A DNA stretch of 64,000 nucleotides from Phoronis australis (lineage: Eukaryota > Animalia > Phoronida). The stretch is from the NCBI GenBank assembly GCA_002633005.1, contig NMRA01000183.1, positions 307,464 to 371,463 of the forward strand, written 5' to 3'. Of this stretch, positions 1-12,223 are shown one piece after another (position 1 is the stretch's first letter; every line of letters begins with the position of its first letter). A program made the position numbers and the translations under genes. The notes under the pieces were generated by a model. The model saw only the letters and a program-made list of their open reading frames with translations, searched no databases and was not told the DNA's origin.

Positions 1-581
1 AACAGATTACAAGGACGCCTTAACGATAAAAAACTGTTTACTTGATCCTGTAAAACTCCTTTCGTGTGGAGTTGAAACTGTACGCTGAACCTTTTTGACT
101 ATACCATAAAACTACTCATGTTAAAAAACACGGAAAGTGCATAGGGACACATCTATCAAGTCGACCTGGCACATTTGATAGAATTTCATTCACACTATCC
201 GAGACAGAAGGCGTTAAGTGTGTCAATGGTTTTCCTCCGTTTGATAAATACCATGCAAACTCAATTACTAGGCCTCTTAAAACTGATCGTTCCCTAATCA
301 GATTATTTTATTTCTCTTGCATTGAGAAGATGCGACAGGCTTTCATTGCTTCAAACAAAACCTATTAAATTTCTAATGACAACATGTTAGTGTCAGTCTC
401 AGTTTCAAGGATGTGTAGCGGTGTGTCATAAAAAATAGTTTGATTAAACAAAGGATACGAACGGTTATGTGATTGCTTCCTAAGTTCACATCCGACCGTG
501 CACAAAGCAGGTGTTTAGAACATCAGAACGTGGTTTACAGAGGACATAATTGACTGATCTGCTAATGCTTTCTACCGCCAG

Positions 582-740
582 GTGAACGCGGGTTGCTTCT
601 TTGGTGACTTCTCAAGTATGGTCGGAGCTTACCTGTGTGAAGAACTTGGTATTCCGGGAGATAGCTACGAGAGCAAGAGGGTGGCCTATTTGAAAGACGC
701 TACTCAGGAACATGTGCTTAAAAACCCCCAAACTGCAAAG
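582..740 (+). CDS. CARNS1-like exon
   Basis: cag|GTGAAC ... GCAAAG|gtgaga; 159 nt; VNAGCFFGDFSSMVGAYLCEELGIPGDSYESKRVAYLKDATQEHVLKNPQTAK. Confidence 0.8.
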
Positions 741-3700
741 GTGAGAGATCTATTTAAACAATCGATGAAGCACTATGCAGAATTACTACTTCAGAGTTTT
801 GAGTTCTTTTATAACTACGAGATTTTGCGATAGACTTTTGGTACGGGTGGTTACGGCAATTCCGTTTTAATATTGTCTTCTACTGCCCATTCAAAATATT
901 TGGCACTTCTGGGCCCATATCACTAATATTTGCACTCTTCATGGAGTCTAGTACGTGTGCACTAAGTTCTCGTACCACCATTACACTGTTACGAGCGTAG
1001 GAAACATCAATGCGGAATGTCTGTTGGGGAGGGAAAGTAGAAATATTAACTCGCTTTATTTTACTACTTGTGTTGTCCTGAAACAAACTGTATTCACCAA
1101 TTACAATCAAGACCTGTGTAATGATGTTTCAGTACGGTGTGCCCAGTTACTCCGTGAATAATAAAGAAGAGCTACTAGACGCTTTAGACAAACTAGCGTT
1201 TCCCGTAATCATGAAGCCCGCCTGCGGAAGTGGCGCTGTTGGCTGCAAGATTATGTACAACAAAACTGATTCATTAAATTTCTTCAACGAACTGTCCAGC
1301 GGCATGGCTTGTGGGACCACAACATGTGAACAAATTGCGTATTCTCAGTCGGTAAGCTTTGTTTCTTAAAAGCATTTTCAACTCTGCATTTAAGTTCAAC
1401 GTACATGTAACACAATACCGTTAGTTTTAGTGTACATGTATTTGACCATTTCATTCACAGCTACCAGTTAATAGAAATAATATATGCTGTGTTCTAAGAC
1501 CGTGGTCAGGTTTGGCGTCTGGAAATCGTTCTTTGCTTGATGGGTATACTCTAAACAGAAGTAATTTAATTTTTTATAAAAACCGTAATTTCAATTTTGT
1601 TTTCGTCCATGATGTACTAGTAATTATCCGGAAGCCAAATGCTGCTTTTTTACTTAACCTGGATATCTGGATAATTTTTTCTTTGCTGTTTTCTGTAGCC
1701 TTGGCATAGGTAATCTGGAATTAGGGGGGGGTGACCTTTCGCAACCTTTGAGCATTTTTATATATGCAAATTAAGGCCGCCATTATCCAAAATTCTATTT
1801 TTGCTCATAATTTCCTTACTAAGCACTCCAGGTTATTTTGATGCTTTCACCCATATTTCCATGATCAATAAATTTAATAGTTCAATTTTTGGTGGATACA
1901 TTGTCAATTTGCATAATTTACGCAAATTAAGATCGCAATTATTCAAAATTTTTCTTCTTCCAATAGCTATGGTTCCAATCATCACAGGTGAATTGTCATG
2001 ATATTTCTACCTATGTTCCTATGGTTAATTAGTTTAACGAAATCAGTTTGCAAGCTGGAGCATGAAAATTTGCATTATTAAGCACTACAGACAGGTTACT
2101 TTAATGTTTTCAACTATGGTTCCATGGTTAATGAACTTAGCGAAACTCGATTGCTAGTGGATACATGGTGAATTTGCCTAATATATGCATATTAAGGCCA
2201 CCATTATTCAAAATTCTATTTTTATTAATTTGCTTATATCTGAAGTACCAGGCACTCCAGGTAACATCTTCGCACATGTTTCAATGGTAAATGAATTTAA
2301 TGAAATTAGTTTGCAAGTTGTTGCATAATTTATACAAACAAAGGACACCGGTACTTCAAACACTGTTTCTACTACGTAAGGAACACAAGTAGGTAATAAT
2401 AGATGAAGATCCCTGACCCTTAACATACGTGCAGTACAAGGACATTGGCAGCAGGCATTATCTGGAGACATCCCACGAAGAAGCCGCCTCCATTATTGTG
2501 CAACAGGACTTGAAATGTGCATGTGAACTTAACAAATTTTAGGTTGTTTCGGATGATCAAAATGTATTTGTGCTTCGTGTGCATTACTAAAACAAGAAAC
2601 AGCTTCAAATATCACAACCATGAAGTCACCTAGTAAGCATAGAACAATCGTAGGCATTTAGTTGACAGTGGAAACATGCAATGATATTGTGAAGGTCTCC
2701 TCCCTGGGCATGCGTTGTAACGCAGTGGCATGCTATTATGGAGTTGAAACTGGATCCATCGTTAAAATATTGAAGGCTGGACATGACCTGTCTGTCATCG
2801 GCACTATTGATTATCATAAAACAGGCCATATATGTATTTGTGCCTGTTATGAAATGAAGAGAAGCAGAAAGATGTCAGGAACTAGATTACTATTATGGGG
2901 AAGAAAAACGACAAGGGATATATGATCACACCCAAACTGTCACCGACAACAGAGACATTCACAGAAAGTGTATACGTAAACAGAGCCCAATACTAGTCGA
3001 CCTTGGGGTGGAATGTCACCAGCATTAGGTCCAACTGGACTGTGGATGGAAGAAAGGTGCCATAAACAAATCACTCTCACCATCTATAATTCCACATGGT
3101 GTCCAACTCGCCCCTGTTGCATACTGGTGATGATTAGGTGTGGCTTCAGTCAGATCCCATAAAATTCAAATAGATGCAGTTGCAACGTCAATTTCTACTT
3201 TGCACAATATTTCGGGCATGTTATACTCTAGTGTGCACACGTTCTGAGTGTTGAATTAGCATTTGAAACAGTTTGTGATTGTTCTCCATTCGAGAGATTA
3301 TTGTCCTGGGTTTATGCAATTAAACAATTTGGTCATCTACTTGAGCTACCCTGGGTATCACACAAAACAAGAATTTGTAATGTTGTGTAATAAATTACGG
3401 ATTACTTATATTGATAATGTAATGACAGATTTCATTAAATTCATCAGTAAAAATAGCAAAATAATCTACATGTAGTGGCTCCCGTAATAAAGATAAGAGC
3501 AGAAACAGAATTTTTAAATATGGCCGCTTTTATTTGCATAAATTATTGAAATTTATCTTGCACACTGATTTCATTAACCTAATTGACCATAGAAATATAG
3601 ACTCTAATACCATGAGAGTTTACCTGTGGTGCTTGGTGCCACAGCTATAAGCACAAGTATAATTTTGAATAATGACACTTTTAATTTGCATTAATTACGC

Positions 3701-4914
3701 AAATTTACGACGCAACAGCATGCCAGCTGATTTCATGAAACTAATTGACCATCAGAATATAAATGTACATTAGGTGAAAATATCATGATTGTTCATCTGT
3801 GGTGCCTAGTACTGTAGCTATAAACAAAAGAATAAAATGAATAATGGCGCGCTTAATTTGCATAAGTGAAAACGTCAAAGTTATCCGCCTGCAGTTCTTG
3901 GATAAGGAAATTTCAAGCAAAAAAAGAATTTTGCGTAAAGGCGACCTTATTTTGCATGTTTAAAAATGCTCAAGGGTTGCAAACGGTCACCACCTAAATC
4001 ATGGACACTTAACCCTAGGCTACATGAAACAGCAAAGAAATAAACTTTATCCAGTAAATCCAGGTTCAGCCCCCTGGCTCCCGGAATCATTTCTGGAAAT
4101 CATTCTTTGCTTGACGGGAATACTCTTTCAAGTAGAACTTTATTTTTTATAAATCGTAATTCCAATTTTGTTTTCGCCCAGGATGTACGAGTAAAGTGAA
4201 TCATTTCTGTGTTAGGTAATTGTAATGGAATACCTGCAAGGTATCAAATATGAAGTGGACTTGGTGATGTCAAATGGGAGACTTGTCGGCGGTTCAGTTG
4301 GACATGCGGGCCCCGCCCCACTTCCATACTTTTGGGGCACTTCTTGGGTTACACCAGGTGGTGCTTCGGACAAGGAGCGTACTGAGATAATTGAGGCCTC
4401 GTATCTGTGCTCCTTAGCCGTCGGCCTACGTCAAGGCGTCTACAATGTCGAATTCATCCGCAAGAACGGTGACGCAATACCAAAGTTACTTGAAATCAAT
4501 GCTCGTCCTGGTTGTGGCTCTGTGAATGATTTAGTTAAGACTGTGTACGGTTATGATAATCGGGTTGTACATGCACTGCTTGGCTGCGGCGTTGAACTTG
4601 ATCCTGAACAAGTGAAGTTTGAGCCCAGAATGCACGCAGCTAGGTATTACTTTGACGTACACAGGGACAGGGAGCGACTGAATACGGCTTATGGTCATAT
4701 GTTATCGAATGCCAGACGTTGCGGTGTAAGAATGATAAACTTACAATCGAAAACTATTGCAGAAATGATGTTCGAAAATTCCCACCAATTCTGCGCAGTA
4801 CTAGCAGTGGTGGCTTCAGGTGAGACTAGGGTCAAGGCGACCACAAAACTGTGTCAGTTTCTTGTTGACTCAAAGTACTTTGATAGCATGGAGGAAGCCC
4901 TCCTACAGTTTTGA
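582..4914 (+). CDS. CARNS1: Carnosine synthase 1-like ATP-grasp ligase, 3' part (exons 582-740, 1133-1351, 4216-4914; N-terminal exons not identified)
   Basis: Three phase-0 exons with AG/GT boundaries join in frame: GCFFGDFSSMVGAYLCEELGIPG..., FPVIMKPACGSGAVG, VMEYLQG.YEVDLV, GVYNVEF, LLEINARPG. These match the recalled C-terminal ATP-grasp of CARNS1; orthology is uncertain. Confidence 0.8.
1133..1351 (+). CDS. CARNS1-like exon (ATP-grasp lid, KP..GSG motif)
   Basis: ttcag|TACGGT ... CAGTCG|gtaagc; 219 nt; YGVPSYSV...FPVIMKPACGSGAVGCK. Confidence 0.85.
1518..4194 (+). repeat. ~105-bp diverged direct repeat pair (1518-1623 and 4092-4194) flanking the Academ-like element
   Basis: tctggaaatc.ttctttgcttga.ggg.atactct...aattttgttttcg.cca.gatgtac.agtaa present at both ends. 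Confidence 0.85.
1621..4091 (+). mobile_element. Decayed AcademX-like DNA transposon with long, internally repetitive TIRs, in the CARNS1-like intron
   Basis: ~1625-1835 is the diverged reverse complement of ~3885-4090, and subterminal repeats extend further in. Internal frameshifted relic (~2420-3225) reads SHEEAASIIVQQ, VVSDDQNVFVL, HAL.CNAVACYYG, SPTTETF, IRCG...RCSC...CT, i.e. XPG-like nuclease plus Cys-rich tail. Confidence 0.65.
4216..4914 (+). CDS. CARNS1-like terminal exon
   Basis: gttag|GTAATTGTAATGGAA; in frame with the 229-aa ORF to TGA; MEY, NVE and EINAR ATP-grasp motifs. Confidence 0.85.
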   Translation, partial: VIVMEYLQGIKYEVDLVMSNGRLVGGSVGHAGPAPLPYFWGTSWVTPGGASDKERTEIIEASYLCSLAVGLRQGVYNVEFIRKNGDAIPKLLEINARPGCGSVNDLVKTVYGYDNRVVHALLGCGVELDPEQVKFEPRMHAARYYFDVHRDRERLNTAYGHMLSNARRCGVRMINLQSKTIAEMMFENSHQFCAVLAVVASGETRVKATTKLCQFLVDSKYFDSMEEALLQF

Positions 4915-7775
4915 AAGAACGCTTTGGTAGAAAAATTTCCTGCAGGGCTAGGCAGGACGACAGTAAGCGAGGCACTTAAAATACGTGGTGACGGACCAGT
5001 TCTCTCGGCCTCGGTTCGTTTTATTTCGATTTCAAATTAATACGTAGTCGATTTTTCTGATAAATGGTGACGGGAAGGCTGAAACGTGTAAATGTTTGGC
5101 AGGGAAATGGGGCATACCAATTACAAAGTAAATGTATGTAATCTTGTAGACTTCTCTACCATTAATGAAGGAATATTTAAAGGCACAGAAACACAATCGA
5201 CTGATATAGGCCCAGATATAATATGTTTTCTGCAAATAGTTGACACTACGATGTTTTTACTGCGGAGTTTTCATTACGGAATTCATTATTTGTGGTCAGG
5301 AAAACAAAATTAACTTGGTTGCAAGCTTTGCAACCTTAAGCATTTTTTATAATTCAAGATGTCGGCATCCGCCACCCTGAATTTTGACCAATCTTTCCAT
5401 CTTCTGAACACGATGGCTTACTTGATCCTGCGTCGTGTCCTTTCTTATGTTTCGTGGGGTGTAGAGCCCACTTCTGGTATTTGATTTTTTCTGAAATTGA
5501 GTAATGATGCTTCTGCGTGGTCGTGATGTACTTGGGAAAATTTCTACATACACTGTAGCCAGTCGGCAGCACTCGCAAGAAAATATACGAAAGGTTAACC
5601 TTGAAGCAGCATGAAGCCAATACAGCTTGCGTATTCAACAATACTTAAGAATGACAGGGCTCCTACCGTACTATATTAAAATCCATTAGCCATGTGGTTG
5701 GTTGGATGCCATCTGTGTCCGAGAGACAATGGATATCCGCCCTTTGTCGGGTCATTAATTGGATTTTAGCGTCGCCTGTGACTAAAAAGTCCGATTCTCT
5801 AGCAAGATAGCAAGAAGGTCTGTTGCAGTTGTCCCTGGTGTATACTTGTTCCTGATCAGTAGGAGCTGAGGCTGCCCTCTGACGACCTATAATTCTCACT
5901 CTCCGTGAAATTTTGTTGAAGCAACTTCAATGCAGGTGGCTGACACCTGGAGTTTGCCCCTCACCTACGACAAGCGTGGGGGTCTATACGAAATTGGCGA
6001 TATCCAGAGAATAGGGGGCGAAGGTGGTGGCATTAAAAGGGGGCAAAGTCCAATTGGCTTGTATCCCTCCAATAATTTTTACCTTTCTGCCTGCCTGTAC
6101 GTAAACCATAACGTACCATCCAGGTGATGAGACAACCCAGGACAAATCAAATACTTTGGGGGTCGAATTACAGTCGGTAACGAATAGTGGCTGATCACGG
6201 CACACCCGTTCCCAACACAGTGACACCATTCAATAGTCTATTATATGCAACCGTTACATGCTTGCAGCTCAATGTAATATATTACTACAATACATTAGAC
6301 ACTGTAACACTCCTCAACAAGCCCACAACGAGATGGTCTTTTCTTTGAGCAACCAGAACAAGTGTTGGGTCGCAAGACCTAAGAGTTCTGGGATAGCGCT
6401 ACATTCATCTGAGGTTCTCACTTTGTAAATTCGGCCAACCATACAGGCTGCCGCTACTCTCGAAGCTGAATATAAGCCATAATCTTGGCAACAAGAATAA
6501 ACATAGACTTGATCCTGGAGCTCAAACGGGTGTCACGGGAGCATGAGACACCACTGACCAGCACTGCTGTTTTCTAACGGGTCTTGCGGACACTGGCGAG
6601 GCTGAAACCTGTAGAAATTGTTTTGAATTTTGCTTTAGACAAGTTTATGAAAGAACAAGTGTATTTCACAAGAAAAGCCGACCCCTATCTAGTTGACCTG
6701 TTCACCTCGTAAACATTTCCGTGGGACTAGTTAAATTGATGTGAACTCGGCAGTTGCGAGAAAATTTATGTACAAAAGTGTAGTCCTTTAGGTGAACAAG
6801 CATGTTGCTACCAGAAGTCAATATACAGAGCCCTTCCTACCTCTTACTTACAGAGGCGACCCCACTTTAGAAGGCAACACACTCGACGACATTCATTATC
6901 TCTCTTGAGCACTCGATACTCATCTAACAACGTGGTCGATACCAGCATATTCAAAACAACCCGTTTTGTTTGGACACAACAAGTAGAAACGATCCATTAG
7001 GGCAAGGTGTTAGTGCACATGTTTAATTGATATTTATTTTGAAAAGCAGATACACACCCGCATTCTGTCATTATTCAGATAGGGAGTGATTTCAATCTTA
7101 ATTTCTGACAGATCAACATTACACGAGGTCACCATTCTCGGCGACTAACTCGCCGTGACAAGTCAACTAATATTCAATTGCATAGATCCAAGCATTGACG
7201 ACCTGTTAGCAAGGTGCTAAGCAATTAGCTCCTTGTCACTGAAGTGAACTGATGCACGGATTTAACAACACAAAACTGCTCATTGCAATAACGTTATTGT
7301 TTTCCAACAATTCTCCGTGTACCTCAGGGTCGTCTTAACAGTATTATAGGCCCTCTGGCACAGCGGTGTACTTAAACCACTATCAGCACCACTGCTCGTA
7401 GCAATATAACGTGAATTGTTTGCCAATAAAACATGTGTAGTAAAATGTCATCATGGCAACCAATTAAACTCAGGCCACGTGGCATAGCAAGGCACTGGGA
7501 TCAAGCATAAGTGATTTTAGCAAAAACTTGTAGGCTGTGAACCATCAGTAGATCATGTGCGTTCATACGGAATGCGTGAATTTATATATAGGCATGGTTG
7601 AAAGGATGCAAAGCCCACTAGCATGGCCTATCAAAAGATATTTTAATACCTTTTTAAAAAAGGACTTCCCAATTCGGCCCTCTAAACTAAGGCTCTGTAG
7701 CACTAGTCAACCTCGAATCATCTGGAGCAAATTTGAAGCTTTTTACAAAATCTGCAAAACCGGTAAGCATGACCA

Positions 7776-8299
7776 TTAAATTGTACGACTGGAATCCCAT
7801 CTCCCGCACAGGAGTTCTCTGTAGATCGTACAATAACGTTTCTGTGTCAGCGACAAGGTCTTGCTTGCGTAGACAATCACTTTCTCCTGTCCATCATGAT
7901 CCTGCGAGAGGACGCCGGAAATCCCCTTGACCAACGCGTCAATGTCTAGAATGAACCTGCCGTCGCACATAGGGAAATCCAGGACTGGGTGATGAGTTTG
8001 TGTCACCCCAGTTCAGGCTATCGAAAGCCTTGTGACAGGAATCGTCCCAAGCAAAACGGCAATTTTCCTTCGTTAACTCCGCCCGCCAAAGGAGCAGCGA
8101 CAGTTGCAAAGTCCTTGATGAACTTCCGGTAATACGACGCCAAGCCCAAGAAGCTGCGCACGTCGGGAAGCGACTTGGGTGTCTTCCAGGTGGTGACCGC
8201 CTGGACCTTGTCTGAATAACATGCCACACCCGACTCTGAAACCACATTCCCAAAGAAATTAACCTGGAGGCGAAGAAATCGTGTTTCAACCAAACACAA
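7776..8299 (-). pseudogene. Gypsy LTR-retrotransposon RT/RNase H fragment
   Basis: Frameshifted VNFFGNVVSESG...VRSFLGLASYYRKFIKDFA / FAWDDSCHKAF / FILDIDA...GVLSQ...IVYASKTLS...YCTIYRELL. Confidence 0.85.
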
Positions 8300-9782
8300 A
8301 AAACGGCGTTACGATGAAGGACTTCACGTCTTATAAGTGACTTCCTAAAACCGCTCTGAGGTGGTGGCGTATTACAACTATTATTAAAATCTCTTGGTCA
8401 ACAATGGTTCTCCCTGCCACCAACTAGCTAGATTCCTCAACAACATCATATCCCCACTAGTTGGAAAAACTGACTCGTAGGCACATGTAAAGGACTCGAA
8501 GCACTTCGTGTCAATGTTGTCATCAGTCAGCATTACACCAAATGACACCATGGTGAGCTTTGATGTCGAAAGCCTCTTCACATGTGTACCAACAGCAGAG
8601 GTTCTCCCATTACTCAGGTCAAAGTTAGAACATGACCACCTGCCATCAGAGGATGTAGACCTGCCAATAGCCTCCATTCTGGAATTAGTGACACTCTGTG
8701 TCAATACAGTACCACCTACTTCCAATAACAAGACAAGTTCTACGAGCAGACACAAGGAATAGCAATGGGTTCACCACTATCACCAGTCTTAGTAAACTTG
8801 TACGTGGAGTGGTTCGAACAAACGGCTCTCAGGTCAGCTAGCAGACCCCCGAAGATGTGGAAACGATACGTTGATGACACATTCACACTATTCAGCCAAG
8901 ACTCAGAAAATCCATCAGAGTTCCTTGACCATCTGAACAACATAGCGCCTACAATTAGACTCATTGTGGAAGAAGAGACAAATAACAGTCTCCCATTCCT
9001 AGACGTACTAATGACTAGTGTCGAAGGACAGTTAACAACGTCAATCTACTATAAGAAGACCCACATAGGAAGATACATTGACTTCAACTCCAACCCCACC
9101 AAAGGAGTCAAGAAGAGAATAATCAAATACCTTGCATCAAGATCAAAGGAAATCTGCAGTGATACAACACTCCAAGCAGAAATGACCAACCTGACGGAGA
9201 CATTCGAAAGAAATGGCTACCCATGGGATTTCATCAAGTCGGCTTTAACATCGCACAGGAAAGACAAAGTGCCAGAAGAATGCTCACTGCAGACTATGTG
9301 CTTACCGTATATACCCGGAATAACCGAGAAGCTAGGACGCATATGTAGAGAATTTAAAATAAGAACAGCATACCGCAGCTCAGACACACTGGGTTGGCGA
9401 TTGACAAAAGTCAAACCAAGAACTGGCATGGGAAAAAGGAAAATGTCATCTACGAAATCCTATGTGAATGTGGTGAATCGTATATCGGTGAAATATTAAG
9501 ACCACTGGATACAAGAACTGATGAGCATAAGAGGTGTTGTAGAGAACGTAATACCTCATCAGGAGTAGCTGAACACGTGTGGTCGAAACACACAACATCC
9601 AGTGGAATAGCATCCGAATACTTGACAGTGAAACAGGTTGGACCAAGAAGAGTTCAAGGAAGCCATGTACATGAAAGTACAAGCCAATGTCTTCAGTCAG
9701 CCAAGCAAACAACCAAGTGACACCTGGCTCAGTCTACTTAGGAAGGTTTAAGTATAATAAATCCCCTCTAAGTAATTGGATG

Positions 9783-9862
9783 ACTCCGTGGTGTAGTGGT
9801 TAAGGTGCTGCAATCGAATTATCTGTAGTTTCAGAAGTCGTAGGTTCAAATCCTGTCTCACA
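9783..9862 (+). other. tRNA-derived (Pol III A/B box) sequence in the Penelope 3' region
   Basis: A box tggtgtagtgg 9789-9799, B box ggttcaaatcc 9843-9853; no intact acceptor stem. Confidence 0.65.
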
Positions 9863-9910
9863 CAATGAGTGTAACAGGTATCCGTGCTCGTTCTTCTAAG
9901 AACGCGGAAA

Positions 9911-9951
9911 CACTTGACGATGGCCGGAAAAGCGACCGACCAAACGTCGTG
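9911..9951 (+). ncRNA. Degenerate minimal hammerhead-like motif of the Penelope 3' repeat
   Basis: cac-UUGACGA-u-ggccgg..ccgacc-AAAC-GUC-gtg; palindromic ACGU stem III; G12 of GAAA missing in this copy. Confidence 0.5.
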
Positions 9952-12223
9952 ACAGTGTATATAGACTAGAGGTCGGTGTAAATAGACCAAGAGATTTTAA
10001 TAATAGTTGTAATCTTATAAGTGTATAGCGGTGAGTCAAAACACCTGAAAACTACCGGTTTGTCACGTGAAGTCACGATTAACTCTACACTGAGCCGTCC
10101 ATCCGTAACTTATCGGTAATTTCCGTACGTTCCTTGACCTCGAACTGTCAAAATGCGAGGTACATGTACCTGTATGTGTGGACTTTTGGGGAACTGCAAC
10201 GACTTCCGCAATTTCTTCTCCAACATTTTCTACTTGCTTTCGTTCTTTCCCATTGTGTCCATCGTTCACGCTTCGCGATTTCACCTGGATAACCGGAAAT
10301 CTGTTTCAAAAGGTATGCCATCTGGCGACTGACACTTATCCAGCAAAGGTGGCGCTGCTGTACGTGAACTTGAATCCTGCTTTATCTCAAGATTAAGCGC
10401 AAGTGAGTGTTGCGTGAATTTGGAATTCCCGCAAGTGATCTTGGTATTAAGCAAGCTGCCTCATCCCGTACGTGAACTTGGAATATTGCGTGAACTTGGA
10501 ATTAAGCGGCTGCCTGACACCCAATCACAGAACAAGGCGTTTGGGCTGAAGTCATTACTGAACCGATAGGGTACGGGGAGAAGAGAGTTAAAAATCGAGA
10601 TATAGCTCCTGTGGCTTGTCCTGGTTGTGAATTGGGGGATCTTTGTGAAATTGCTCACTATGGATGTGGTTACACGAACTGTGAACGGTTCTGGCTACCG
10701 CTATAGGCAAGGTGTTTGCTTCCGTAGATTCAGTGTTCTTTGACGGTCTCAATGGAATGTTGCAAACAAGTTTCCGTTAAGATGGCGTTTGCATCCTTCC
10801 ATTTCCGGGTATGGATTTGATGTATTCTGCCTCAACTGGTCGCGATTTTATTATTTTTGGGTTGTGTGCCTCTTTACAGGGGTTCGCCAAACCGCTCACG
10901 GGATCGTTATGGAAATTGCAGATTGTATTTCTATTGACAAAAAGACGACTGATATAGGTTGTCAGATGGGTCCAAATACTCCGGTGACCCCTAGCGGAGT
11001 TTTTGTATCTTCGCTCGTGTCCCTTGAAAGATCTTTTGGATGCGTGGCAAGTACATTCATGTGTTAACACTTACGAAAAGATGTAAGTGTTGCACTACCT
11101 CTTCACTTCCAAATAGCAAATTGTTTTTATCATGCTCGCCTCAAATTCGGGACTGATTTTCATGAAATTTAGCAAACAGCTCTCTATTTGGGAGACGACG
11201 ATGTCTTTCCATTTTTGCAGGCGTTTGGTGTGTACATGTAGTCCGCGTCACTTTCTAATAAACAACCCTAGAAGCACACCGTTTGCGTTGCAGTCGTGGG
11301 CGCATTTTAACGTTCCGCGTTGCTTTAGTTTGGTAATTTCCAATGTTCGAAGTTTTGACCAATGCATAATAAAAATACACTCACGTTACGTGCACCAAGG
11401 GTGTTTTTCATGTTAGGAGGGCTGCAGTATACATCGATCGGACTGTGTCAACTACTACGGTCTGGCTCTGGTCCGCTTCCTTCAGCTTTGCATAAGTTGT
11501 TGGATTAATTTAAGTTTACCACGTATTTGTATATGATATTTGATCCTGAATTTTTACCGAGGACCAAGCGGAATCAAAGGTCCAATTAGTATATAAGTTT
11601 GCATAGTTTTGGATGACTTCCAGAATATGTTCTTTACAGCAAGTGAGAGGGTCGATATTCTAAAATGTTTGTGTTTATATAGCCGTCTTTTGAAGCGTTG
11701 AACATGTTTTCCGTTTAGTTGAATTAGTCATTTACATGCAAGTTACATGTACCTCTCTGGTCTTTCCCATTTGCTGCTCGCTAAAGTTCTAGCAAAACGC
11801 TAGCGTTTTACACATTTGTGAACGGGTATAAATGAAATGTGCGTCAGCATTTGCCGAACAGCGATGACAGCAACAAGCGTGCTTTAAGCGCGTGGGTCAC
11901 AGTAAAAAGATATCACTGATGAACTGTTCTGTACGTGAAGGCAGATTATATTATTACCATCACCCTTACATGCACTAATACCAATTCTTAATCTATGATC
12001 TTTACACCAGTGACACGTTATACAATAAGAATCTATGTATTTGTATTTTCTATACTAAAACAGTATCTACAATGTACACTATTTCTGGTTAAGATTTAGT
12101 GGAATAAACAGCTCGGACAGTTCAAAAGTGAGTGCGCAATAATAAAATCTGACAGTCAAACATATTTCGCTGTGTGACAATTTAGTTATTATAGCTGATG
12201 TCTGTTTCTTTTAAACATCAGCA

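Larger units (their letters stand above)
8340..10013 (+). mobile_element. Penelope-like retroelement, 5'-truncated, RT + GIY-YIG
   Basis: SFDVESLFT, MGSPLSP, RYVDD, LPFLDV; GIY-YIG NVIYEILCECGESYIGE; stops and frameshifts present. 10-bp direct repeat cttataagtg at 8330-8339 and 10014-10023; 29-bp inverted repeat 8371-8399 vs 9985-10013. Confidence 0.9.

Noticed and set aside
10030-11420. Possible gag relic or short genes
   Set aside because: Only vague similarity (YGWT segment); too degraded to support a call.
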